From a virus: DNA of 64,000 bases. A program made the position numbers and the translations under genes. Location of the stretch: the IMG/VR virus record IMGVR_UViG_3300045988_165212; one strand, given 5' to 3'. The stretch's first letter is position 1, and every line of letters starts with the position of its first letter. This document shows positions 45,936-55,812 of this stretch, in pieces. The notes beneath the pieces were generated by a model. The model did not search any database and was not told the DNA's origin. It saw only the letters and a program-made list of their open reading frames with translations.

Positions 45936-46626
45936 TGGCTTCTTGTTTAGTTTCTGTTTGTTCTACATCTGTCACACTCAATGGGATGATGTGCCACTTG
46001 TTGTGTTCGTCCTTCCACTCAGCTCTGATGAACTGTTTGGTGAGCGATGGCTGATAAGCCTCTTCGATGATTTGCACACCTTCCTTGAATTGGTCGTTGT
46101 CGCTCTTGTCTGCCAGTTTGCGAAGCTGCAACACACGGCTTGCCTTCAAGTTGCCTGTTCCGTCACGGCTCAATAGCTGTAGGATGGTTGCCACAAGTTC
46201 CTTGCTTTTGGTGTCGGTTGCAAGGCTCTCGATGTACTGCTTGACGATGGCAATGCCGTCATTCACTGTGTCACGGTAGTCATCAATGCAGTTGTAACCA
46301 AGCGTGAGGCGCATCTTTCCGTTTGAATGGGTGAAGGTGTGTGTGCGCTGGGTGTCCTTGGTCAGCTTCAACACGTTTGCCTTGATGTTGATGACTTCCG
46401 CAAAGTTCTCATAAACCTTGCTCTTCACTGCAAGCATCTGTTCTGACAGGCTGCGAAGTTCGGGGATGGCACTCTCAATCTCGTTGTCCACCAACTGGGC
46501 GTAAGCCTCACGGTCTTCCTTGCGCTTCTTAGCAGCCTTTTCCTTGGCTTGCTTCTCTTGGAACTGCTTGAAGGCTTCTGCCTCTTCCGCTGTCATTTCT
46601 ACTGTCTGTTTCTTGTTCTCTTCCAT
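45892..46626 (-). CDS. Hypothetical protein, 244 aa (copy of 11499..12233)
   Basis: Identical protein. Confidence 0.55.
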   Translation of the reverse strand: MEENKKQTVEMTAEEAEAFKQFQEKQAKEKAAKKRKEDREAYAQLVDNEIESAIPELRSLSEQMLAVKSKVYENFAEVINIKANVLKLTKDTQRTHTFTHSNGKMRLTLGYNCIDDYRDTVNDGIAIVKQYIESLATDTKSKELVATILQLLSRDGTGNLKASRVLQLRKLADKSDNDQFKEGVQIIEEAYQPSLTKQFIRAEWKDEHNKWHIIPLSVTDVEQTETKQEANEDNDNQGTQGGTV

Positions 46627-46655
46627 TGTCTTGTCGTTTAAAATGGGTTGTATTT

Positions 46656-47123
46656 TTAGGCATGAGGGATTCCATCCAAAGGGATATACATCACCATCCT
46701 GCCAGGATTGTTCACGTCTTCTTTCTCTTTCAAACCGCCTTTCTTCTTGATTGCTCTGAGTTTTCTTTGGAAATCTTCCATTTCGTCAAGTCGGATTCTG
46801 GCAAACTCCTTTCCGCAAATTCGAGGATGCTTGCAGAACTCATTGATGCGCTGCCAGTCGGTTGTGTCCACGCCAATCTCTTGTATCAGCTTTAGGCAGA
46901 TGCTGCGATTGCGTTTCAATCTATCTTTTCGACCGCTCAGTTTCTCCAGACCGTCACAACAATCATTGTACTCTTGCCAAGTCATTTCCTTCAAGCTCTC
47001 TGTGCGTCCGAAAGTGTATTGACTGACAATTTCCTTCTTGAACTCTTCACGACTGCCACAATAGCAAGGCAGTTCGTTGAATGAGGCAAAGAAACGGCTA
47101 AAGTTCGTTACTTGCTGCTTCAT
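46656..47123 (-). CDS. GemA-like regulatory protein, putative (copy of 11002..11469)
   Basis: Identical protein. Confidence 0.45.
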   Translation of the reverse strand: MKQQVTNFSRFFASFNELPCYCGSREEFKKEIVSQYTFGRTESLKEMTWQEYNDCCDGLEKLSGRKDRLKRNRSICLKLIQEIGVDTTDWQRINEFCKHPRICGKEFARIRLDEMEDFQRKLRAIKKKGGLKEKEDVNNPGRMVMYIPLDGIPHA

Positions 47124-47367
47124 GGCCGACACCTCTGTAAGTCATAAAATACTGGCGTGCCTCTTTCACGCTTGCAGCCATGCCAAGGGTCAAGTCTTCC
47201 GTCTCCAGTATTGGCACATTGTCGAAGCATAGGAATATCTTGCCATTGAACTCTCTTGCCTGTAGTCTTGACCTGGCTTCTTCTCTCACTTGCGCTGCAC
47301 GTTTCTGTTCAGCCTTTTTCTTGCAGTTCTCACGCATAGCATGGAACCAATTACTGATTTTACTCAT
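47098..47367 (-). CDS. Hypothetical early protein (copy of 10758..11027)
   Basis: Identical protein. Confidence 0.5.
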   Translation of the reverse strand: MSKISNWFHAMRENCKKKAEQKRAAQVREEARSRLQAREFNGKIFLCFDNVPILETEDLTLGMAASVKEARQYFMTYRGVGHEAASNEL

Positions 47368-47373
47368 ATTCGT

Positions 47374-47613
47374 TTATTTTTTAGTTGTCTTTTCATTGTT
47401 TGGTAGCCATGTTATTTCAATGATGGCTTTCATTTCTTTCTTGCCTTGGCATATAGGGCAAGGAACTTTCACGCTTTCCCAATTGGCGTCACGTCCCCAG
47501 AAGTAACCATTGCCGTGGCAATATCCACATTCATGCCCTTGACTCACTATTTTCTCATGGGTGACTTGGCATGATGGTGAAACCAGTTCTAACACCCTTC
47601 GTTCTTTACTCAT
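47374..47613 (-). CDS. Zinc-ribbon protein (copy of 10512..10751)
   Basis: Identical protein. Confidence 0.55.
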   Translation of the reverse strand: MSKERRVLELVSPSCQVTHEKIVSQGHECGYCHGNGYFWGRDANWESVKVPCPICQGKKEMKAIIEITWLPNNEKTTKK

Positions 47614-47782
47614 TGTCTGCCACCTCCTTTCTCTCACCAAGATACTCACATTTCATGGCATCAAGCGACATATCGTTTAATCTGCCAGACAAGTCTCTGA
47701 ACATCTGTTCTTGATCCAAGTAGGTAAAATCCTTTGTCTTGTCCTTGATGATTGCCACCAGGCTTTCAATCACTTCTTCCAT
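47606..47782 (-). CDS. Small 58-aa early ORF (copy of 10343..10519)
   Basis: Mirror of the hand-translated ORF. Confidence 0.45.
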   Translation of the reverse strand: MEEVIESLVAIIKDKTKDFTYLDQEQMFRDLSGRLNDMSLDAMKCEYLGERKEVADNE

Positions 47783-47785
47783 AAG

Positions 47786-48010
47786 CTATATTATTTGATA
47801 AGTTACTTTTTCATATCCATGCCACTGGATGATTCTGTTTGCCCACATCAGACTTTTTGTTTTCAGTACAAACTTGCCTTTATTCTTCTGTGAGCGCATT
47901 ACATTCAAGTCGCACTCGTAATCACGTTCAAGCCATTCTCTCATAACCGACTTGCATTGCTCTGCCGTCATCAAGACGAAAATGGTATCACCGTCCTTGT
48001 ATTTGTCCAT
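47786..48010 (-). CDS. Hypothetical early protein (copy of 10115..10339)
   Basis: Identical protein. Confidence 0.45.
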   Translation of the reverse strand: MDKYKDGDTIFVLMTAEQCKSVMREWLERDYECDLNVMRSQKNKGKFVLKTKSLMWANRIIQWHGYEKVTYQII

Positions 48011-48015
48011 ACGCC

Positions 48016-48639
48016 TTATGTTTCGTTGCTTGTTTGTATTACTCCATCCTCCCATACGGTGAATGCCTCACCTGCCTCACCAATAGCACGACCTTGGCAA
48101 TATGCCTTATATCCTTGCACTCTCACCTTCATACCTGCCATGTACTTCAATCGGGCTGCTGGTTTGCCAAGCGGTTGCCCCTTGTATTCCTGGCTGATGA
48201 ATATGAAGCACTTTCGAGGGAAGTCATCTGCAAGCGTCTTGGCTTGCTCATAGCTCCAATTTGAATATTGGAAGCTGTCAATGATGACAAACTTGGCACT
48301 CTTGCGTTTTTTAAGCCTTGCCCTCAGATCGTCAAGGGTGTCGTCTGTTGCCACACGAAACTTGCCTTGCACCTCATTCATCTTGTAGCGGTTGATGCGG
48401 TCTTGAAAGCTCTTGCTCACACCTTCCTCATAACTCAGGTAAAGAACGCCACCATACGAGCAAAGTTCTTTGGCAAGCTGCATCACAAAGCTGCTCTTTC
48501 CACTTGCGCTCGACCCCGACACAAACCATGTTTCTGTTATGGAAGGGAATCCAAATACCTTGCTCCACTTCTCACCCCAGGGAATGGTGATATATGTCTT
48601 TGCAGCTATATCCCTGGGGCTATATGCTCGCTTTGCCAT
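48016..48639 (-). CDS. RecA-fold P-loop NTPase (copy of 9486..10109)
   Basis: Identical protein. Confidence 0.6.
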   Translation of the reverse strand: MAKRAYSPRDIAAKTYITIPWGEKWSKVFGFPSITETWFVSGSSASGKSSFVMQLAKELCSYGGVLYLSYEEGVSKSFQDRINRYKMNEVQGKFRVATDDTLDDLRARLKKRKSAKFVIIDSFQYSNWSYEQAKTLADDFPRKCFIFISQEYKGQPLGKPAARLKYMAGMKVRVQGYKAYCQGRAIGEAGEAFTVWEDGVIQTSNET

Positions 48640-48641
48640 AA

Positions 48642-48893
48642 TTATCTACCTTTTATATAACACCAACCCATCAAATGTTCAAACGGAAGTGATACACCAT
48701 GAATGGTTCTAAATACACTAAAGTTACCATCTTCATCAACCTCACCATCACACCATCCTCTGCATACTTTTAAATTGTCCATGACAAAACGAGCTTCACG
48801 TTTTTCATCAATGCTTTGCAATGTGTCTGGTGATTTCAATACCTTACGGCTTCCATCATTGAACGTTACCGTTATCTTATTTCCCATAATCAT
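48642..48893 (-). CDS. Hypothetical early protein (copy of 9232..9483)
   Basis: Identical protein. Confidence 0.5.
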   Translation of the reverse strand: MIMGNKITVTFNDGSRKVLKSPDTLQSIDEKREARFVMDNLKVCRGWCDGEVDEDGNFSVFRTIHGVSLPFEHLMGWCYIKGR

Positions 48894-49765
48894 GCAAGTT
48901 TCAGTTTCTCAATCTCAGTATAGACACGGCGCAAACCGCCGTTTGTTTTTCTTACGATGGTTGCGATGTCAGCACCCTCAGGAGCGTTCACCTTTGCAAC
49001 GACTTCCGCTTGATGTCGCAAGAACTTATCACGTTCTTTGCCATCGTCTGGTGTAACCTTGGAATACCTGCCACCGTAACGGCTCAGCATTTCTGTATAA
49101 CCAACTTTCTTGCACTCAATGGAACGGTTGATTTTTTCCTTCAATCCGTCCGCTCCCATCATGTACCAAGCACAACAGCGTTCCGTTGCATTCCAAAGGG
49201 CTTTGAGTTCCAAGAATGCCTCATACTGCAAATCACCAGCTTCATCAAGGATGATAAGAGGGTGTTCGATGGAACGAAGGTAATAAACCAAGTCTTCATA
49301 CACATCAGCATAATGTCCTTTGCTATCCACGCCAAACTCAGATGCTATTTTGCGAACTAACTTCAATTTGGTTTTCACCTGTGAACAGTCGATATAAACA
49401 GCGTTCTTGTGTCCTTGCACATAATAGCGTGCCGTGAACGTTTTACCTATGTTGGGTATATCACAAAGGATGCTGCTTTGTCCAGAGCCTTGGCAAAACT
49501 CTATCTGCTTGGTGATATACTTGAAGGTTTCCGTTGCTGCTGCCTTCCATTCCATTTCATCACGCAAGGCTACATTCAACTTTCTTGCAATGCTCAGCCA
49601 GTTTGCATCACTCAGAGCCTTCTCTGTCTGGCCATTCTTCAACATGCTGTAGATGGATGTAGAGATACCAATGGCGGTTGCGTGCTTTGCGTCACTTGGA
49701 TAGTTTGACCTGTTGGCTGCTATCGCTGCCAATATCTTTTTCTTTGTAGCTTCTGTTATTATCAT
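48890..49765 (-). CDS. MuB-like AAA+ ATPase (copy of 8360..9235)
   Basis: Identical protein. Confidence 0.75.
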   Translation of the reverse strand: MIITEATKKKILAAIAANRSNYPSDAKHATAIGISTSIYSMLKNGQTEKALSDANWLSIARKLNVALRDEMEWKAAATETFKYITKQIEFCQGSGQSSILCDIPNIGKTFTARYYVQGHKNAVYIDCSQVKTKLKLVRKIASEFGVDSKGHYADVYEDLVYYLRSIEHPLIILDEAGDLQYEAFLELKALWNATERCCAWYMMGADGLKEKINRSIECKKVGYTEMLSRYGGRYSKVTPDDGKERDKFLRHQAEVVAKVNAPEGADIATIVRKTNGGLRRVYTEIEKLKLA

Positions 49766-49809
49766 AGCTGTAATCTTTAATCGTTATTATAATGATGTTT
49801 GGATGATGT

Positions 49810-51807
49810 CTAAATGTCGGCCAAAGCTCGTTCCTCGATGGACATTTCCTCTTGATGGTCTTCATCGGGTTCCTCTATCTTTGGCGGTGGAAGCACCAGA
49901 CATTCATCAATGTCTTCCTGTTTCTTTTCCACCTTCATCACTCCAACCTTGCCAATGGCATTGTCCTTGACGTATTTTGTAAACGAGGCAACTTTCTTCT
50001 GTTGTGCTTGGTATTTCTCCAAGTCTTCATCAGTCTGTTCTGCCATCACACGGTTGTAGGTTTCCACTCGTTCCACTTGGTCAATGAATCTGTCACCTTG
50101 AAAGATGAACACCTCTTGTGGCTTGCCGTCTGCATCTGGAATGTAGTATGCCGTCACCTTATTGTTGTTTGGCTCCAGACGTTCCAGCTTTTCGGTCTTG
50201 CTCAACCACCAATCTTCGTATGCCACTCTTACGGTGGAGTTTCTTCTGATGCTTGTTTCCACTCTCTCACCAATGTATCTTGCAAGCGTAAGTTTGTCAA
50301 GCGGTTGAAGGGTTGGATTGATGTTGGCAACAAGAACGTCCCATCTGCTCATACCAGGGTACTTCTTTTGATTCGGGTGCAAGCTGTGATTCCACTCATA
50401 GTTGTCTTGGCGGTCATCAGCTATCAGTTGATCATAGCTGAAATATTCCTTATCCTCATAAAGCTCGTTGGTTTCGTCACTGATTTTCTTGCTTTCCGTG
50501 CGCCACTTGCCTTTTCCATAGAAACGGCCAATGCCTTCATGGTTCTTGTGGATGATGCTGCGTTTCTTCGCACCGTTCAAGTTCTCTGCATATTTCTCTT
50601 GCGAGTTCTGAGGCGCACAGAAATGAACGAATGGGAATGCGACACCTGCTTGCAGAAATCCGTCCTTGTATTGCGACATCAAGTGATTCTCAACCTCAAT
50701 ACCTGCTGGCATACCCCAACCATTGCGTTCTATCAGTCGGAACATATCCCTAAAGCAGTCAAGCACCAGGATTTCATCCTTTTTCCTTGCGTAAGATGCG
50801 CCAATCACACATTGGCTGACCACATCATAAGCATAGTAAGCGTGAACCCTCTGCTTGGTGTCTTTCAACTTTCGTGTCAAGTCCACGTCATCCATTGTGA
50901 TTTGGCTCAAAGAGAACTCACCTGCATGGCGGTGCATGTGCGGCATCTGTTCGTGCATGAAGGTGGTGTAACTCATAAGTTCATGTTCAATTAGCACCTT
51001 GTTTTTCGGTCGGTTCAAGTAGTTGGTGATTGTCGATTCACTCAAAACCTTTGGTTCACCGCTCTTGTCTGTGAAATCATCGGGGTTGAATAGTTCTCCA
51101 GTTTCAGGATCATAGACCTCTATTTCACCACAAACAAACGAATTGTATAGTTCCAAGACACTTGTGTTGAATGGCTTGTTAGGAAGTACTGCCAAGCCCA
51201 AAATCAAGCGTTCCGTCTTGTAATCAACCTTGCGTGCGCTTTGGTTTCCGAACTTGCCACTTATCAGACAGGCATAGCCAAACTTCTTGTATTCGGCTAC
51301 TTTCTTTCTGAATCGCATGGTTGAAGCAGGTAGCGTATGGCCAAATTTCTCTTTGAGTGTTTTGATGGTGGTTGCCATCTTTTCCCAGTCGTATTTTTCT
51401 CCCATCAGCTTCTTTGATGCGCTTGCACGGTTGTAGAGCTTGATGCAAGTGTTCAGAACAGAGGCATTCACCACATATTCCTTCACTTTCTCTTGTGTGA
51501 GGTCAAGCCCAGTCTTGGCACGGTCGTTGAAGAAAGCAACGGCTGCTTGGTCGGTCTCATAGTTGGACGTTATCCAACCCTCCAGTCTCACAGTGTCACC
51601 ACCAGGATAAAGTTCATCCACCATTTTGCGGTAGATGGTAGGAATGCTATCAACGGCAACCAGAGCATAACGTCCTTGCCCCTTACCGCTACGCACCACA
51701 TTGATGCGCTTCCTGGCAGATAGCTGCTTGTAGTTCGAGGCAGTCATTATGCCACCGTCAACAAGCTCACGTGCTGAAATGCAAAGTGTGTTACCGTAAT
51801 ACTCCAT
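49810..51807 (-). CDS. DDE transposase (copy of 6318..8315)
   Basis: Identical protein. Confidence 0.75.
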   Translation of the reverse strand: MEYYGNTLCISARELVDGGIMTASNYKQLSARKRINVVRSGKGQGRYALVAVDSIPTIYRKMVDELYPGGDTVRLEGWITSNYETDQAAVAFFNDRAKTGLDLTQEKVKEYVVNASVLNTCIKLYNRASASKKLMGEKYDWEKMATTIKTLKEKFGHTLPASTMRFRKKVAEYKKFGYACLISGKFGNQSARKVDYKTERLILGLAVLPNKPFNTSVLELYNSFVCGEIEVYDPETGELFNPDDFTDKSGEPKVLSESTITNYLNRPKNKVLIEHELMSYTTFMHEQMPHMHRHAGEFSLSQITMDDVDLTRKLKDTKQRVHAYYAYDVVSQCVIGASYARKKDEILVLDCFRDMFRLIERNGWGMPAGIEVENHLMSQYKDGFLQAGVAFPFVHFCAPQNSQEKYAENLNGAKKRSIIHKNHEGIGRFYGKGKWRTESKKISDETNELYEDKEYFSYDQLIADDRQDNYEWNHSLHPNQKKYPGMSRWDVLVANINPTLQPLDKLTLARYIGERVETSIRRNSTVRVAYEDWWLSKTEKLERLEPNNNKVTAYYIPDADGKPQEVFIFQGDRFIDQVERVETYNRVMAEQTDEDLEKYQAQQKKVASFTKYVKDNAIGKVGVMKVEKKQEDIDECLVLPPPKIEEPDEDHQEEMSIEERALADI

Positions 51808-51822
51808 TTCTCACCTCCTTGA

Positions 51823-52272
51823 TTATTCGGCACAAACAGGTCTTGCGTACTTTTTGTAAAGCTCTGGGGTAGTCAAGATGTCGGCATCCCTCTGTGTCCA
51901 TGCAGCAAAGATGCTTTGGATTTCTTCCAGTTGCTTGATTTTCACATCCTGGTATTGCTTCATCATCTTGCCCTTGTAGAACACATCCACATTGCCATTG
52001 GCTTTGTTGCACTCAATCATTGCACCATTGGGGAAGTATTGGCGCATATAGCCATCTGCATCATGGATGGTCTCAACCTCTGGGGCAACTATCATCACAA
52101 TGCCACCTTTCTGCTTGGCATATACACGGATGCGCTTTGCCTTGTCACTTTCGCCACGCTTCGCATCAAAGTTCAGGGCATAATAAACCATTTTCCCTGT
52201 AACGTTGAACGCTGCCATGATGTCCTGGCGAACTTCTCTTGTTACGTCAATGTACTTTTTCATTGCTTCCAT
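51823..52272 (-). CDS. First early-operon protein (copy of 5853..6302)
   Basis: Identical protein. Confidence 0.5.
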   Translation of the reverse strand: MEAMKKYIDVTREVRQDIMAAFNVTGKMVYYALNFDAKRGESDKAKRIRVYAKQKGGIVMIVAPEVETIHDADGYMRQYFPNGAMIECNKANGNVDVFYKGKMMKQYQDVKIKQLEEIQSIFAAWTQRDADILTTPELYKKYARPVCAE

Positions 52273-52377
52273 TTTTAATCGTTATACAAATCTTGTTTTA
52301 TCTTTTTAAGATGCAAAATTCGTCTTTCTCACGCCTTTTTTGTATCTTTGGCGCTGTGTTCCTTTAGTAACACGGTG

Positions 52378-52408
52378 CAAAGATAAGCATTTTGAATATA
52401 TCTGCAAA
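52378..52408 (-). promoter_or_regulatory. Early promoter/operator (mirror of 5717..5747)
   Basis: Exact inverted copy. Confidence 0.5.
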
Positions 52409-52455
52409 ATTTTAAAGCGATTATTTTCGCGTAATGAATATAATTTATACGCAAT

Positions 52456-53166
52456 ATGAATAAGATAGAGATATTAAACGCTTTGATAGACTACTATTCT
52501 GGTGGAATAAAGGCGAAATTTGCCGAAAAGATAGGCGTTAAGCCTCAAACAATCAATACTTGGTTGCTTAGAGGTTCTTTTGATACGGAGTTGATATATT
52601 CAAAATGCGAATATATCTCAGGCGATTGGCTTCTCACTGGAGAGGGCGAAATGTTTAGAAATAGGTGTTCAGATAAGCATTTTGAATCTATCTGCAAAGA
52701 AAATGAGCAAAACATTTCGCACAATAAAGAAAGTTTAACACTCAACACTCCAAAGCTCGCTGATGATCCAGATGTTGGTAAGCCATACTATGATGTAGAT
52801 TTCATTGGTGGCTTCACAGAGATACTAAACTCTCAGGTTAGTGTTCCTGCAACCAACATTGTCATCCGTGGTTTTGAGAAAGCTGATTTATGGTGCAATG
52901 TCACTGGCCATTCAATGGAGCCAAAAATCAATCATGGCGACATCATTGCTCTTCGCCAATGTACGCTGGATGATGTTCAGTATGGCGAAATATACGCTGT
53001 TGTGCTTGACACGATACGAACCATCAAGATATTGCGCAAGTCTGATGATCCTGACAAGTTCCGTTTCATCCCAATCAACTTGCAAGAATACGATGAACAA
53101 GAATACCCGAAATCAAGGATATTGAATATCTTTGAGGTCATTGGTAGCATAAGCAAGTTCTTTTAA
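52456..53166 (+). CDS. HTH plus S24 repressor (copy of 4959..5669)
   Basis: Identical protein. Confidence 0.85.
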   Translation: MNKIEILNALIDYYSGGIKAKFAEKIGVKPQTINTWLLRGSFDTELIYSKCEYISGDWLLTGEGEMFRNRCSDKHFESICKENEQNISHNKESLTLNTPKLADDPDVGKPYYDVDFIGGFTEILNSQVSVPATNIVIRGFEKADLWCNVTGHSMEPKINHGDIIALRQCTLDDVQYGEIYAVVLDTIRTIKILRKSDDPDKFRFIPINLQEYDEQEYPKSRILNIFEVIGSISKFF

Positions 53167-53173
53167 CCCCATA

Positions 53174-53209
53174 GTGACACCCCCTTTGGCACTCCAAGTG
53201 GGGTGTCAC
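53174..53209 (+). terminator. Repressor terminator hairpin (mirror of 4916..4951)
   Basis: Exact inverted copy. Confidence 0.45.
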
Positions 53210-53363
53210 CCCCTCTTTATCGCCCAAAAAGCCCTATATATTATATATAATAAGGTGTAAACTTCAAAAATCGTTGCTCCGAAAGGGGTAGTTTCCTCAC
53301 AATTAACCGCAAAAAGTGGTTAGTTTCTTCGTTCAGCTTTTTGTATGCCAACGACCCCACTTT

Positions 53364-53421
53364 TGTAACCCTTAATTCTCGAAAGTGTAACCCTTAACTG
53401 TAACCCTTAGTGTAACCCTTA
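53364..53421 (-). repeat. Four TAAGGGTTACA end repeats (mirror of 4704..4761)
   Basis: Read on the + strand as tgtaaccctta, four times. Confidence 0.6.
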
Positions 53422-53520
53422 CCCAAAAATCACCACTTTTGAGCATGAAAAAAGGGAGCCGTGAAGCCCCCTCGTTAACATTCGGTTTGAACACCGTAAA
53501 TAAGCCGTTCTAACGGCATT

Positions 53521-53763
53521 TTAACCATCATCCTTCATAGACCCTTGGCGAGTGCCAGAAATGAGCGTAGATTGCTTTATAATAGCTCGTTTCGTGATTA
53601 TTGACCCATTGCCAGACAGACCAGCATGAAGCAAGTAACTCTTGGTACAACCAACCTCCTCAGAGGTCAGCACGGTGTAAACCGCCGATATGCTTGAAAA
53701 GTAGAAGTCTTTCAAGCCATTATGTTTGCCCACAATAAGATGGACGTGTATAACTTTTGCCAT
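53521..53763 (-). CDS. Small hypothetical protein, 80 aa (copy of 4362..4604)
   Basis: Identical protein. Confidence 0.55.
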   Translation of the reverse strand: MAKVIHVHLIVGKHNGLKDFYFSSISAVYTVLTSEEVGCTKSYLLHAGLSGNGSIITKRAIIKQSTLISGTRQGSMKDDG

Positions 53764-53847
53764 ATCTATTCATTTAAATTTCGGTGCAAATATACCAAAT
53801 AATAATTATATGGAATAATTTTGCATTTTAAATAATCATAAAAGGGC

Positions 53848-53874
53848 AAAAATAAAGGGTAGCGATTGCCACCC
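53848..53874 (-). terminator. Orphan intrinsic terminator (mirror of 4251..4277)
   Basis: Exact inverted copy. Confidence 0.5.
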
Positions 53875-54110
53875 ATGCACAAGTCCCATCATCCTCATGT
53901 AAGCCGTTTGTAAACCTCATTCAATCCTACCGCCCTCAAACGCAAGCCAGGAGGCCACAGAATTAAACCAAAATTAAACCCATGTAAACGTTTCGTTTTG
54001 TGTCGCTATTCATGCAAGATTATCGTAACTAACTATATTTCAAATACTTCACCCGATATTTAGGCATAAGGCTTTATATACGCTTCGTTCTGTGCCCTTT
54101 AATTATTGGG

Positions 54111-54473
54111 ATGTTTTGTAGTTATCTAGTAGGTATTACGACTAAGGCAGATAGTTTTAGTTTTGATAATATTGAGTTTTGTTATAAAGGAAAAATAAAT
54201 GAAAAATTGTGGTTTAAAAGTAAATCAGATTCATTGTATGAGTCTGATAATACTGTGTATTCTTACAATGAAGGAATAATTTCTACACCTAAGTGTGTGG
54301 CAGAAGTTGCTTCTATGTTATTGGATGAACTTCATTTTGGATACATGAAGAAGAATGAATATCCTTTAAAGGTGGTAAAGGATGTAAAATCTTGGAAAGT
54401 ATATGGTAACAGTTATGAATCGCCTGTTTATATTCAACTTTATCGAAAGACAGGTATGGTTATGGATTATTAA
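54111..54473 (+). CDS. Hypothetical protein, 120 aa (copy of 3652..4014)
   Basis: Identical protein. Confidence 0.45.
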   Translation: MFCSYLVGITTKADSFSFDNIEFCYKGKINEKLWFKSKSDSLYESDNTVYSYNEGIISTPKCVAEVASMLLDELHFGYMKKNEYPLKVVKDVKSWKVYGNSYESPVYIQLYRKTGMVMDY

Positions 54474-54496
54474 AATTACTTTTACATATAGTTGTT

Positions 54497-55639
54497 ATGG
54501 ATAAAATGATACTATTGCTTATGTTATTGTTCCCTATACATATTTTAGGACAAAATGAAATTCGCATAGGGGATAACCTAAAGTTTTCGGAATTATTACT
54601 TTCAGAAAATTTCTCCCTTTCTGATAGTCTAGAAATGTGGGATTTTTCTGATGCTCAACTACTTTCACATGAGCAAAATTTACATTTTTTCTCAAATAGG
54701 GATAGTACAGTAAAGGCTTTTATTGCCAGTTTTGATGGTAAAACAAAATACTTATATGATGAGCGAGGCGATGGACTATATCTTGTTGCCTTTCAAAATA
54801 AGCAAGCTAGAATTAAATATGATGAAGCCGAAATCGACTTGCGTTATCCCCTATGCTTACAAGATTCCTGCAAAGGTTGGTTTTCAGCACATGGTGACGA
54901 TGTGCATGGTGATTTGGTGCATATTTGTGGGAAATATAAGTATAAAATCATAGGAAAAGGTACGTTGCTAACTATTGATAGAGATACTCTGCCAAATACA
55001 TTGTTGATTCATAATCAAAGATTAGTATCTTCATTGTTTAATGGCAAGGAAAAAGAATTGCAAAAATATGGTGTACTGGATAGTATTCCTAAATTGTCCT
55101 ATAACAAAGTTGATAGTCTTATGAAGAGTGATACTGCTTTGGTTAGAAATGATGTTTATAGATGGTATGCTCCTGGATACCGCTATCCTATTTTAAGATT
55201 AGAAACAATCTCTTCCTGTAATGGAAGAAATCGTATTTTGAATTCTTCAGCTTTATATTGCTCTGTTCTTATGCAAAACGAATTGTCGGATGATTCTATC
55301 AATGAGGAAATTCGTAGAAAGATAACAAAAGAAGGAAAATGTCAAAAGTTGCAACAACAAGATAGAGGCCAAAATTTATTGAAAGCAAATAACTATTCAG
55401 TAAATATTAATAATACAGGTGTAAATTTGAGTTACTCGCTTTTAGACGATGCGAATATTTCTTATGGAGTTTATACCCAAGATGGTATATTTTTGGTAAA
55501 TAGAAAATTAGGCAAACAGAAACAAGGTAAGTATAATATGGCTATAGACTTAGGGTATGTCAATAAAAAAAACTTGATATTTACGTTATTTGTCAATGGG
55601 ATTCCATATTCAAAAGTTATAGGGGAAAATGTGCAATAG
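54497..55639 (+). CDS. Secreted protein with T9SS-CTD-like tail (copy of 2486..3628)
   Basis: Identical protein. Confidence 0.6.
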   Translation: MDKMILLLMLLFPIHILGQNEIRIGDNLKFSELLLSENFSLSDSLEMWDFSDAQLLSHEQNLHFFSNRDSTVKAFIASFDGKTKYLYDERGDGLYLVAFQNKQARIKYDEAEIDLRYPLCLQDSCKGWFSAHGDDVHGDLVHICGKYKYKIIGKGTLLTIDRDTLPNTLLIHNQRLVSSLFNGKEKELQKYGVLDSIPKLSYNKVDSLMKSDTALVRNDVYRWYAPGYRYPILRLETISSCNGRNRILNSSALYCSVLMQNELSDDSINEEIRRKITKEGKCQKLQQQDRGQNLLKANNYSVNINNTGVNLSYSLLDDANISYGVYTQDGIFLVNRKLGKQKQGKYNMAIDLGYVNKKNLIFTLFVNGIPYSKVIGENVQ

Positions 55640-55812
55640 AGTAGGTATGGGGTAGACCGAAACATAATAATGGTATTAAAATGAATTATAATACGTCATT
55701 TTACTAACCAGAACGATTTTAACCATACTGATAGAAAAAAATCTGCACCATCTGCGTCATCTGCGTGAGATTCTTAAGTCACACAGATTTCGCAAATGGC
55801 GCAGATTTCCTT

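Larger units (their letters stand above)
4690..53435. mobile_element. Mu-like transposable siphophage with a DGR (Hankyphage-like by architecture). As assembled: two inverted copies of the left-end/early/DGR arm (~4690..15788 and 42337..~53435) around one late-gene core (15789..42336)
   Basis: End-proximal repeats, S24 repressor, DDE transposase, MuB-like ATPase, GemA-like, Mu G-like, DUF1320, Mu F, terminase, portal, capsid, tape measure, fibre. No integrase. End coordinates are approximate. Confidence 0.7.
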